Source: Octopus bimaculoides (lineage: Eukaryota). From it: 33,037 nucleotides of DNA. Positions within the stretch are counted from its first letter, which is position 1. Every line of letters starts with the position of its first letter. Where the stretch lies: NCBI RefSeq assembly GCF_001194135.2, contig NC_068991.1, forward strand, positions 16,740,498-16,773,534. The letters are read 5' to 3'. Below are positions 24,914 through 33,037 of this stretch, in pieces. Made by a program: the position numbers and the translations under genes. The notes beneath the pieces were generated by a model. It ran no database searches and was not told where the DNA came from. It worked only from the letters and a program-made list of their open reading frames with translations.

Positions 24914-27900
24914 TCAACATTTAACGTCTGTTATCCATACTGGCATGGGTTAGACAGTTTGACCAGGACTGGCAAGCTTAGGTGCTGCACAAGACTCCAG
25001 TCTGATTTGGCATAGTCTTCTATGGCTGGATGCCCTTCCTAACACCAACCACTCCAAGAGTGTAACAGGTGCTTTTTTTTTTGTGCCATCAGCACGGGTG
25101 CCAGCTGCATGGCATCAGTATCTTCCGCATCTACAATTTCACTTGGCTCGATGGGTCTGCTTCTCAAGCACAGCACGTTGCTGAAGGTCTTGGTCATTTG
25201 TTATTGTCTCCGCGAGGTCCAACGCTTGAAACTGCTTCTTACGTGTCACTGACGCAGGTGCTAGTTTCGCAACACCGGCACAGCTGTTTTAGTTACCTGA
25301 CACTGATATCAGCTACATTGCCTCCATGAAGCCCAACGCTTGAAAGGTGCTTTTTACATGCCACCAGCACAAGTGGTACTTACACAACACCAGCATTGGC
25401 CACAAGGCCCCTGTGAGGACCAACACTTGATAGGTGGTTTTTACAGGCCACCGGTATGGGTGCCAGTTACATGACACTGGCATTGGCCACGACTATGATT
25501 TCACTTGGTTTGAAATTATATATACAGTATATACATAATATATATATATATATAATAAAGTAAAGTTGTGGAATACCGTACGAGTGGAAATATATATGAA
25601 AGAAGGTTTGAAAATGCACTTATTTTAAAGATATTTATTTACTTAACCGGTTTCACTTTTTTAGAAAAAGATTATCAAAAGTTTTTGAGAATAATAAAAA
25701 ATGTTAAAAAACAGTTTGAGTATTAAAATGCATATATACATTCTTTGATGATAAAATATATTTAAAGTATAAAGCTTTGTATGAACTTTGTATTGTTACA
25801 TACTGATTATCACACATTCTCTGATATTAAAATGAAAATGTTAAAAACAGTNNNNNNNNNNNNNNNNNNNNNNNNNNNNNNNNNNNNNNNNNNNNNNNNN
25901 NNNNNNNNNNNNNNNNNNNNNNNNNNNNNNNNNNNNNNNNNNNNNNNNNNNNNNNNNNNNNNNNNNNNNNNNNNNNNNNNNNNNNNNNNNNNNNNNNNNN
26001 NNNNNNNNNNNNNNNNNNNNNNNNNNNNNNNNNNNNNNNNNNNNNNNNNNNNNNNNNNNNNNNNNNNNNNNNNNNNNNNNNNNNNNNNNNNNNNNNNNNN
26101 NNNNNNNNNNNNNNNNNNNNNNNNNNNNNNNNNNNNNNNNNNNNNNNNNNNNNNNNNNNNNNNNNNNNNNNNNNNNNNNNNNNNNNNNNNNNNNNNNNNN
26201 NNNNNNNNNNNNNNNNNNNNNNNNNNNNNNNNNNNNNNNNNNNNNNNNNNNNNNNNNNNNNNNNNNNNNNNNNNNNNNNNNNNNNNNNNNNNNNNNNNNN
26301 NNNNNNNNNNNNNNNNNNNNNNNNNNNNNNNNNNNNNNNNNNNNNNNNNNNNNNNNNNNNNNNNNNNNNNNNNNNNNNNNNNNNNNNNNNNNNNNNNNNN
26401 NNNNNNNNNNNNNNNNNNNNNNNNNNNNNNNNNNNNNNNNNNNNNNNNNNNNNNNNNNNNNNNNNNNNNNNNNNNNNNNNNNNNNNNNNNNNNNNNNNNN
26501 NNNNNNNNNNNNNNNNNNNNNNNNNNNNNNNNNNNNNNNNNNNNNNNNNNNNNNNNNNNNNNNNNNNNNNNNNNNNNNNNNNNNNNNNNNNNNNNNNNNN
26601 NNNNNNNNNNNNNNNNNNNNNNNNNNNNNNNAAATTGAAAAATATTTTCTAATTTTCTAAGTGATAAATATGTGAAAGGCAATTTAATTAATATTTATTT
26701 TTCACTGACGTTATTACTGTTATTTCTTTATTTTCTGCAAAGTGCACAAAAAAGCTACACGTTTGCATTATGCTATATATACAATAATAATAAAGGACTT
26801 TACCGTATATACGTTTACAAACTAAGGACGTTATATAGACCTCCTTGACTCAAGTTAGAGAAGGGGTGCGTATTATACACAAGGTTTAGGTTTTTCAGAG
26901 GTACAGCCCCCTAAAAATCCCCTGCGTATTATACTCAAGGGCGGACTATACTCGAGGATTTACGGTATATATACACACACACACGTGTGTGTGTTTGTAT
27001 ATGTGTATGTAAAATAATAACATTTAATTTTACAGTCATTGAAGTATTCTTGGTAGTTTAATTTGTCAACAATCCAAAACCCTCTTTTATTCTACTTTCA
27101 AGTACCATTTCATTAATGGTACTTAACAACTCTTCAACAATTTTGCATAGATTTTAATTCACTATTTTGCTACAACTCATAATGAATTTAAAACTATATA
27201 AACATGCTGTATTGAGTGGATTTAACCAATGAAAGTGTAAAAGAATATTTTATTGATGGTGTCTCGGTGGTCTTCTGGGTAAAGGCATATGTAGACACCA
27301 ATAACATCCTGGGCAGAGTTCAATATCACCCAGGGCCTGCACTAAGGGGTCTTATGAAAATTCTTGACCGTTGCCAATGCCGCCTGGCTGGCCTTCGTGG
27401 GATTTTCGAGCGAGATCGTTGCCAGTGCCCCTGAACTGGCTCTTGTGCGGGTGGCACATAAAATACACCATTTTGAGCATGACCGTTGCCAGTATCGCCT
27501 GACTGGCCTTCATGTCGGTGACACGTAAAAGCACCCACTACACTCTCGGAGGGGTTGGCGTTAGGAATGGCATCCAGCTGTAGAAACTCTGCCAAATCAG
27601 ATTGGAGCCTGGTGTAGCCATCCGGTTTCACCAGTCCTCAGTCAAATCGTCCAACCCATGCTAGCATGGAAAGCGGACGTTAAACGATGATGATGATGAT
27701 GATTGCAAAATTGGAAATGGAAACGAATTTTGATATTATTCTGAAGACAACTATACATCAATATTAAAGAAGGTTTATGGAAAAATGTCACTGATTTATT
27801 TAGTTTTAACTTTATAAAGGTTTGCAGTAAAATAAACTAAAATGTACGTAATTAAAAAGAAGACAGTTCAGTCTTAGAGCTTCCAAATATGATTGATATA

Positions 27901-30705
27901 ACAGTGCTTGATCCTTTTGATACTAACCTGTCTGAGACCACACCTGATCCTGTGATACAAAAATTCTGTAAAAACCTTTTAGCATTTAAACTGGCTATAT
28001 CTGGCCAAAATATTCTATCTGTTCATGTTTAAACTAACCATATCACACTCACCCTACAATTTCATTAAAAAAGTCTGTAATCACATCGTCAAAATCTTGA
28101 AGCTAATCTCGAGATAATACGTGATTAATTCCAAACAATGTGAATAAATAAGCTTTACATTTGAAGGAGTAATCTGCATGCTAAAGGGTTAAAGTGATTT
28201 AAAGTGAAACGTTCAATCAAAATTTTACATAAATTTATGTTCCAAACACTATATTAATAACGACAAAGTTATTTTAATAAATTCTTCATTATCTTCAAAA
28301 TTAACAGCAACAAAGGCAGTGTATAAGAAATGGCTACCATTCCCGTCAAACTTTGCATTTGTGACCTGGACATCAGTGTTTTATAACTGATGTATTTTCC
28401 ATTACATTTCAGACAGATTTAGCATTGAGTTGCTGAAGCAGAAATATCATTATAGCAAATATTCTGCTCAATACCAGAGATTTGCTTGTTAGTTGCTTGA
28501 CCATAACCACTTGAGCATGTCCCTTAGTAGCTGACAATATGTGCATCTCCGATCATGAGCAGGTGTACTGGGGGTTGTATCATATCCATGTGGGGAGAGG
28601 GATTCTTTGGGGTTTGAATAAATGTAACAAAAACAAAGTTTGAAGGAAATATTAGCCATTTTTCTAGAGGTAAGCAAATAGGAAATAACAGTTGCTACCC
28701 AAGGACAAAAATCATGTTGCACACAGTGTTAACAATGTAATCTATAAGTTACCATGCTTCTTATTTCTATATTGCCCACAAGGGGCTAAACATAGAGGGG
28801 ACAAACAAGGACAGACAAAGGGCTTAAGCCGATTACATCGACCCCCAGTGCATAACTGGTACTTAATTTATCGACCCCGAAAGGATGAAAGGCAAAGTCG
28901 ACCTCGGCGGAATTTGAACTCAGAACGTAACGGCAGACGAAATATCGCTAAGCATTTCATCCAGCGTGCTAACGTTTCTTACCATGCTTCTGTAGACATA
29001 TACTGCCTTCGTTTCAAACAGTTTTTTAAATAACAAAGAATTTAGGAAAATAACTGTCCCTATCAAGATGCTGTTTAAACATAATGTAAAATTTTGATGG
29101 CAAGTTTAAATTTAGATCACTTTACAAAAACATCAGAACAAGAAATGGTCTCAGGTGGGTTAGTATTAAAGCTAAAACACCTTCAATAGCTGTTAAGAAC
29201 TCATCAGAAAAGATGATAAAATTGTTAGCTATTATTTGTGTGGGTGTGTGCATGCGTAGCAATTTACATGAGGGAAGATGCATTCTAACCATTTAATAAC
29301 ACGCAGAGCTCATATTCATTTCACAAGGTGTCAAATTCTGATGCTATGGCATGAGTTCCAACACATGATCTCAGATCAAGTCACTTGTTTGTCTTCCTCA
29401 TCATTGCTTTCACTGCAGTCACCACTACCATCACCATCATCATCACCAGTGATAATTTCCCATGGTCAAATATGTTTTGCAAGGATAATCAGAAATGAAT
29501 GATACTACATGTATGATGGCAACATTCATTTACAACCATCACGTGATGTCAAGACAAGTACTCCCCACCATATCTCTCTATACACATACACACACATATA
29601 TATATTGTTGTATTTCGGGATGGTCATTTTTTTTTGTTTTTGCCAAATAAACACATGCACTATATATTTTCTTTCTTCATTCATTTATTACTGTTCTTGT
29701 GGGTGGCACATAAAATACACCATTTTGAGCGTGGCCGTTGCCAGTACCGCCTGACTGGCCTTCGTAGGATTTTCGAGCGAGATCGTTGCCAGTGCCCCTG
29801 GACTGGCTCTTGTGCGTGTGGCACATAAAATACACCATTTTGAGCGTGGCCGTTGCCAGTACCACCTGACTGGCCTTCGTAGGATTTTCGAGCGAGATCG
29901 TTGCCAGTACCCCTGGACTGGCTCTTGTGCAGGTGGCACATAAAATACACCNNNNNNNNNNNNNNNNNNNNNNNNNNNNNNNNNNNNNNNNNNNNNNNNN
30001 NNNNNNNNNNNNNNNNNNNNNNNNNNNNNNNNNNNNNNNNNNNNNNNNNNNNNNNNNNNNNNNNNNNNNNNNNNNNNNNNNNNNNNNNNNNNNNNNNNNN
30101 NNNNNNNNNNNNNNNNNNNNNNNNNNNNNNNNNNNNNNNNNNNNNNNNNNNNNNNNNNNNNNNNNNNNNNNNNNNNNNNNNNNNNNNNNNNNNNNNNNNN
30201 NNNNNNNNNNNNNNNNNNNNNNNNNNNNNNNNNNNNNNNNNNNNNNNNNNNNNNNNNNNNNNNNNNNNNNNNNNNNNNNNNNNNNNNNNNNNNNNNNNNN
30301 NNNNNNNNNNNNNNNNNNNNNNNNNNNNNNNNNNNNNNNNNNNNNNNNNNNNNNNNNNNNNNNNNNNNNNNNNNNNNNNNNNNNNNNNNNNNNNNNNNNN
30401 NNNNNNNNNNNNNNNNNNNNNNNNNNNNNNNNNNNNNNNNNNNNNNNNNNNNNNNNNNNNNNNNNNNNNNNNNNNNNNNNNNNNNNNNNNNNNNNNNNNN
30501 NNNNNNNNNNNNNNNNNNNNNNNNNNNNNNNNNNNNNNNNNNNNNNNNNNNNNNNNNNNNNNNNNNNNNNNNNNNNNNNNNNNNNNNNNNNNNNNNNNNN
30601 NNNNNNNNNNNNNNNNNNNNNNNNNNNNNNNNNNNNNNNNNNNNNNNNNNNNNNNNNNNNNNNNNNNNNNNNNNNNNNNNNNNNNNNNNNNNNNNNNNNN
30701 NNNNN

Positions 30706-30783
<78 letters not shown>

Positions 30784-32142
30784 AATTCTCTAAATGAATA
30801 TATATATATATATATGAGAAATGATGATGATGCCAATGGTGGTAGTGATGATGATGATGGTAATGATGTTGGTGATGACAAAGAATGATGATGATAGCAA
30901 CAATAATGATGATGATGATGACAACAATGATGGCAGTGGTTATGATGATTCAAAATGTCAATTTAGTTGAGGATTTCTTAAACATTTGTTTTTCTTTCAT
31001 TCTTACCCACATCATCATCATCGTTTAACGTCCGCTTTCCATGCTAGCATGGGTTGGACGATTTGACTGAGGACTGGTGAAACCAGATGGCTACACCAGG
31101 CTCCAGTCTGATTTGGCAGTTTCTACAGCTGGATGTCCTTCCTAACGCCAACCACTCCGAGAGTGTAATGGGTGCTTTTACGTGCCACCGGCACGAAGGC
31201 CAGTCAGGCGGTACTGGCAATGGCCACGCTCAAAATGGTGTATTTTATGTGCCAACTGCAACAGGAGCCAGTCCTTACCTGATTTTACACTGGGCTTTCC
31301 TGTTACCATCCAAAACTGATATTCTTGAACCAATAAAGAATCTTCTTAAAAAAAAGGGATGAACACACTGGATGATATAATCCTAGTTACACTAACTGTA
31401 ACCATCCAGTAATTTTACTTTTTTTAAATATATAATAGAAGAAACAGCAGGAATATCTTTGTTCATGCTGACCTGGGGCTACATATCAACAACAAAATAT
31501 ATTTGTTTAGCCAACAAGGGAGTCTCTATGCAAGTACTTGACTTGCTGGAAATAGCTGTTAAATCTCTCTATCGCATTCCATTGTCTTTATATTCCTACT
31601 AGCTACTTGTGTCATGTTTGTTTTTGTCACTGTCTTCTTTCGTCACCCATTATTCTGAGCAGCTTTTTGTTGTTGACGCTACCAAAATGAACGATATTAT
31701 CATTAAAGGAATGAAATTGTAATGATTACCGGATGATAATTGATGAGGATAGAGGTGTCTTGCAGTAGAGGAAATATATGGCTACCTCAGTTGGAGAGGG
31801 AGAAAGAAAGAGAGAGAAGAGAAGAGGAGAGAAAATGAATGTGATTTTGGTCGTCAGCATGAAAATGTACACCAAAGCTAAAAATTTGAAAATATTCTGC
31901 TGTTTTTTTCAGAAAATTCCAGTGGTTGTAAAGAATTTAACAAGATCTGTTAGCAGAAGAGTGTCAACTGTAAACTGACTTGCTAAAAGCTGCCGTGGAC
32001 TGACAATGGCTGCTGCTGCCTCAGAATCAATTAATATCAAACATGTGTTGAATAAGTATGAACAGGTGTGCAATAATGCCATTCCTGTCAAAGCTGGAAT
32101 GTCTCTGATCACAGGCCTGCTCAAAGAATACTGATATAGGAG
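10188..32142 (-). CDS. Candidate multi-exon protein-coding gene (partial, unnamed), assembled by hand from phase-compatible GT-AG exons
   Basis: Minus-strand exon chain with compatible phases and no stops: 31980-32142, 31279-31344, 27928-27949, 27227-27336, (weaker: 21969-22038, 18600-18671, 16654-16697), 16423-16444, 13580-13628, 12006-12060, 10314/10188-10393. Core peptide ...[68 protein letters not shown]... No family recognised. Hand chaining has many degrees of freedom. Confidence 0.4.
10960..11160 (+). mobile_element. Family B SINE, 3'-truncated
   Basis: gctcagtggttagagc..gagttcaatt head after (TG)n; same body as 19487. Confidence 0.8.
11739..11812 (-). CDS. Candidate terminal exon (phase 1): [24 protein letters not shown]
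   Basis: Pyrimidine tract tcttttatatccttccatactgatag; stop at 11739-11741; AATAAA shortly downstream. Confidence 0.35.
12006..12060 (-). CDS. Candidate exon, 55 nt (phase 0 to 1): [18 protein letters not shown]
   Basis: Acceptor tataacag, donor TAG|gtaata; the only open frame matches the phase of the upstream 49-nt exon. Confidence 0.5.
12131..12343. mobile_element. Tc1/mariner-type MITE
   Basis: Terminal inverted repeats caagggggagctgaaaagttcctgg / ccaggaacttttcagcaccccctcg; TA at both ends. Confidence 0.85.
13580..13628 (-). CDS. Candidate exon, 49 nt (phase 2 to 0): [16 protein letters not shown]
   Basis: Acceptor tttttgtag, donor CTT|gtaagt; only one frame open. Confidence 0.5.
13645..14030 (-). 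mobile_element. Family E/D SINE, near full length
   Basis: Head gtatggctgtgtggtaagcttgcttccc..ggttccagattcagtccc, internal (TA/TG)n, D body. Confidence 0.8.
14790..14865 (-). CDS. Possible 76-nt exon (phase 1 to 2): [25 protein letters not shown](R)
   Basis: Acceptor cacatttcag, weak donor GAG|gtgtga; phase-compatible with 13580-13628, but it overlaps an X-box/CCAAT motif pair and may be regulatory instead. Confidence 0.25.
14807..14866. promoter_or_regulatory. RFX X-box-like site plus CCAAT box
   Basis: GTTGCTATGGTGAC (14807-14820) resembles GTNRCYATGGYAAC; CAGCCAATGA on the minus strand (ATTGG at 14861-14865); locally GC-richer unique DNA. Confidence 0.3.
14879..15235 (+). repeat. Compound (GAT)/(GGT) trinucleotide low-complexity tract
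   Basis: Direct reading; source of the His/Ile-rich spurious ORF 14762-15175. Confidence 0.9.
15240..15390 (+). mobile_element. Family C SINE, 3'-truncated
   Basis: gagcttggcagaattgttagcatgctgggcaaaatgc..gttctgagttcaaattc. Confidence 0.75.
15613..15887. mobile_element. hAT (Charlie-like) MITE, 275 bp
   Basis: Perfect 15-bp TIR CAGGGGTTTTCAAAC / GTTTGAAAACCCCTG; perfect 8-bp TSD ATCTAGAA (15605-15612, 15888-15895). Confidence 0.92.
16423..16444 (-). CDS. Candidate 22-nt microexon (GPASLVEK or VQQVWWR depending on phase)
   Basis: Acceptor ttttgacatag, consensus donor GAA|gtaagt; all three frames open. Confidence 0.4.
16868..17099 (-). mobile_element. Family C SINE, full length, in a (TG)n context
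   Basis: Highly similar to 3386-3619 and 28762-28978. Confidence 0.85.
17453..17845 (+). repeat. Interspersed repeat with (AAT)n tail (family G), class uncertain
   Basis: ccacttgagcatgtcccttagt.gctgac.atatgtgcatc also occurs at 28507; ends ctctctcactc(aat)n. Confidence 0.6.
17860..18345. repeat. Degenerate family C fragments embedded in long (AAT)n and (GAT)n tracts
   Basis: ggatgaaag.caaagt..atc/acct..gg.atttgaactcag blocks; (AAT)n at about 18012-18055 and 18270-18318. Confidence 0.7.
18452..18560 (+). repeat. Two (GA)n microsatellites
   Basis: Direct reading. Confidence 0.95.
19027..19400 (+). mobile_element. Dimeric family B SINE (second copy of the 4175 structure)
   Basis: Shares the deletion junction tttgccttt(t)tctaggtgcaattgaaggg, the linker acatacatgcttatata.aagagaaggcacatggctcagtg and the ttttatgttcctcca block. 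Confidence 0.8.
19487..19820 (+). mobile_element. Family B SINE, full length
   Basis: A box tggctcagtgg, B box gagtttgaatcc, CORE-like tg.attcttgagcaagacact, 3' end gactgaagggggtctc. Confidence 0.85.
19870..20270. mobile_element. Two nested or truncated hAT-like MITE left ends
   Basis: cagtgtttctcgacc (19870) and cagtgtttttcaacc (20098); no matching right TIR or TSD seen. Confidence 0.35.
20480..20797 (-). mobile_element. Degenerate family F-related SINE
   Basis: ttccagttgatc.gatcaa..gaa..gtggctgagcactccacagacacg shared with 5200-5280; tRNA-like head at the 20797 end. Confidence 0.7.
22240..22650 (+). mobile_element. Degenerate family E head with an A-like GAT tail
   Basis: cccactgcatggcaccttgagcaagtgtcttc; ends gcatccagctgtagaaa..gatgttaaa(gat)n. 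Confidence 0.6.
23045..23268 (-). mobile_element. Family E/D SINE, 3' half
   Basis: D body followed by (CA)(TA)n, which abuts the GIY-YIG fragment. Confidence 0.8.
23270..23585 (+). mobile_element. Penelope-type GIY-YIG endonuclease fragment, decayed
   Basis: [42 protein letters not shown] matches the C.T.NVVY.I.C..C...YIGET.R....R...H pattern; frameshifted tail ..[12 protein letters not shown]. Confidence 0.8.
23655..24120 (+). repeat. Long degenerate (CA)/(TACA)/(TA) low-complexity tract
   Basis: Direct reading; source of the VCM/HT-rich spurious ORFs. Confidence 0.9.
24162..24200 (+). ncRNA. Degenerate hammerhead-like motif
   Basis: CCG-CTGAAAA-G-GTTG(CAAGACT)CAAC-GAAA; stem III and the 3' strand of stem I are not preserved. 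Confidence 0.2.
24388..24715 (+). mobile_element. Family E/D SINE
   Basis: caaccatgtggttccgggttcagtcccactgc head, D body ending gaaacaagtaaaagag. Confidence 0.8.
24833..24911 (+). repeat. (TA)n microsatellite, about 38 units
   Basis: Direct reading. Confidence 0.95.
24911..25510 (-). mobile_element. Family A-related element with a diverged, internally repetitive body
   Basis: catcaacatttaacgtc..ggcatgggtt..ggctggatgcccttcctaacaccaaccactcc; repeated gaaggtc/aacgcttgaaa.gtgctttt blocks. Confidence 0.6.
25641..25682 (-). ncRNA. Minimal hammerhead-ribozyme-like motif (degenerate core)
   Basis: ACTT-TTGATAA-T-CTTTTT(CTA)AAAAAG-T-GAA-ACCGGT-T-AAGT: stem I ACTT/AAGT, stem II, palindromic ACCGGT. 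Confidence 0.4.
25852..26630. other. Assembly gap (779 N)
   Basis: Run of N. Confidence 0.99.
26803..26965. mobile_element. pogo/Tigger-like MITE
   Basis: Ends (ta)ccgtatatac / gatttacgg(ta); internal repeats tgcgtattatac.caagg occur twice. Confidence 0.6.
27227..27336 (-). CDS. Candidate exon, 110 nt (phase 2 to 1): [36 protein letters not shown]
   Basis: Acceptor ccccttagtgcag, weak donor gttaaa; unique sequence with protein-like composition; the + strand is also open here. Confidence 0.35.
27345..27702 (+). mobile_element. Family A element, with one 115-bp unit plus a partial unit
   Basis: Same unit as at 9766; (gat)n tail. Confidence 0.85.
27928..27949 (-). CDS. Candidate 22-nt microexon (phase 1 to 2): GSGVVSD(R)
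   Basis: Acceptor tttttgtatcacag, donor CAG|gttagt; an alternative acceptor gives a 38-nt version starting at 27965. Confidence 0.3.
27972..28192. mobile_element. MITE with piggyBac-type ends (TTAA/CCCTTTAGC)
   Basis: Right end gctaaagggttaa, degenerate left end aaaaccttttagc; partial related copies at about 4710-4850 and 12550-12620. Confidence 0.55.
28762..28978 (-). mobile_element. Family C SINE with a 13-bp TSD
   Basis: TTACCATGCTTCT at 28749-28761 and 28979-28991. Confidence 0.9.
29692..29951 (+). repeat. Tandem array of the family A 115-bp unit running into a gap
   Basis: gtggcacataaaatacacc at 29703, 29818 and 29933 (period 115). Confidence 0.9.
29952..30705. other. Assembly gap (754 N)
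   Basis: Run of N between the tandem array and (TA)n. Confidence 0.99.
30706..30960 (+). repeat. (TA)n followed by a (GAT)/(GGT) tract
   Basis: Direct reading. Confidence 0.9.
31012..31273 (-). mobile_element. Family A element, 5'-truncated within its first 115-bp unit
   Basis: (cat)n tail at 31012; ends at ..gagccagtcc, adjoining the donor of the 31279 exon. Confidence 0.85.
31279..31344 (-). CDS. Candidate exon, 66 nt (phase 1 to 1): [22 protein letters not shown]
   Basis: Strong acceptor cccttttttttaag and strong donor CAG|gtaagg; open frame. Confidence 0.5.
31980..32142 (-). CDS. Candidate exon, 163 nt (phase 0 to 1): [54 protein letters not shown]
   Basis: Acceptor ggttttttcag; donor GCAA|gtcagt; the frame stays open to the stop at 31909; unique, non-repeat sequence. 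Confidence 0.4.
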
Positions 32143-32354
32143 CTGAAAAAACCCAAAACAACAACAGCCACAGCCACAACCACCATCACCATCACCACCA
32201 GAAATATTTTTCTTGAGTATTCTTTTATTCTTTTACTTGATTCAGTCACTTGACTGCGGCCATGATGTAGCATCGCCTTCTTTATCGGGTTTCATTCTGC
32301 CCAATGTATCTTTTTTGCTTTATCTGCTGAAAATCCAAATACTCAACTGAGCAG

Positions 32355-32363
32355 CAGGACATA

Positions 32364-32394
<31 letters not shown>

Positions 32395-32530
32395 GGTGGT
32401 GGAAGTGTTAGGTGAGGTAATAGTAGTGGTGGTGGTGGTAGTAGTAGTAATGGTAACAAACATAGTTGTGATGATAGCAGTAGTAGTGACGGTAGTAGTT
32501 AACGTAGCAGCAGTAGTAGTAGTAGTAGTT
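32355..32530 (+). repeat. Compound (AGT)/(GGT) trinucleotide tract
   Basis: Direct reading. Confidence 0.9.
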
Positions 32531-32589
32531 ATTCAAGTCATCCTTAACTGAGCCTGCCATGATGGTCTCAACATCACAATATATGTATA

Positions 32590-32817
32590 TATATTCTTTT
32601 ACGTGTTTCAGTCATTTAGACTGTGGCCATGCTGGAGCACTATCTTAATGGGTTTTAGTCGAAGAAATCGACCCCAGGACTTTTTCTTTGTAAGCCTAGT
32701 ATTTATTCTATCAGCTTCTTTTGCCATGCCACTAACTTACACAGACAAACACACCAGCATCAGTTGTCAAGCGGTGGCAGGGAGGACAAGCACAGATACA
32801 TGTGCACACACACACAC

Positions 32818-32852
<35 letters not shown>

Positions 32853-33012
32853 CGACAAGCTTCTTTCAGTTTCCGCCTACCAAATTCACACACAAGGCTT
32901 TGGTTGGCCTGTGGCTATAGTATAAAACACTAGTCCAAGGTGTTATGCAGAGGGACTGAACCTGGAACCAGTGGTTGGGAAGCAATCTTCTTACTACGCA
33001 GTCATGCCTGCG
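32590..33012 (-). mobile_element. Family E/D SINE with internal (CA)n(TA)n
   Basis: D body plus reverse head ..gggactgaacctggaacca.gtggttgggaagc. Confidence 0.8.
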
Positions 33013-33037
33013 CATATATATCTAGGGTCATCACTTT

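Noticed and set aside
16423-27336. Resemblance of NKIFFY..EKLR in the joined peptide to the CCZ1 longin-domain N-terminus, recalled from memory
   Set aside because: The flanking residues do not match the conserved CCZ1 sequence, and the similarity depends on my uncertain exon join, so no gene symbol is assigned.
25781-30953. Long ORFs of 285-421 aa (and those at 8255-8589)
   Set aside because: Artefacts of N gaps and (TA)n tracts.
1-33037. CRISPR-like or prokaryotic operon structures
   Set aside because: There is no regularly spaced repeat-spacer array; the 115-bp array has no unique spacers, and the DNA is eukaryotic in character.

Overview
AT-rich, repeat-saturated eukaryotic genomic DNA with three assembly gaps. 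The repeat content (several tRNA-headed SINE families with internal microsatellites, GAT-tailed elements, many (TA)n/(CA)n/(AAT)n tracts) resembles a cephalopod, Octopus-like genome; that assignment is inference. There is no long intact ORF, and nearly all ORFs in the supplied track derive from repeats, microsatellites or N gaps. Recognisable protein relics are a 3' fragment of an RLE-type (R4/Dong-like) non-LTR element (CCHC knuckle plus PD..D endonuclease, ending in TAA repeats), a decayed Penelope-like reverse transcriptase, a Penelope-type GIY-YIG endonuclease fragment and weak CR1-like LINE ends. Short non-autonomous DNA transposons with hAT-, mariner-, pogo/Tigger- and piggyBac-type ends are also present. 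The unique islands between repeats contain short GT-AG-bounded open segments on the minus strand that can be chained in compatible phases into a candidate multi-exon protein-coding gene (about 10.2-32.1 kb) that I cannot name. The most unusual signal is a set of up to four different minimal hammerhead-ribozyme-like motifs (three with a palindromic stem III, one heavily degenerate), each in a short module next to TA/CA microsatellite. A second notable signal is a SINE family whose body carries a variable-copy 115-bp tandem repeat. All calls were made by eye, without database searches.
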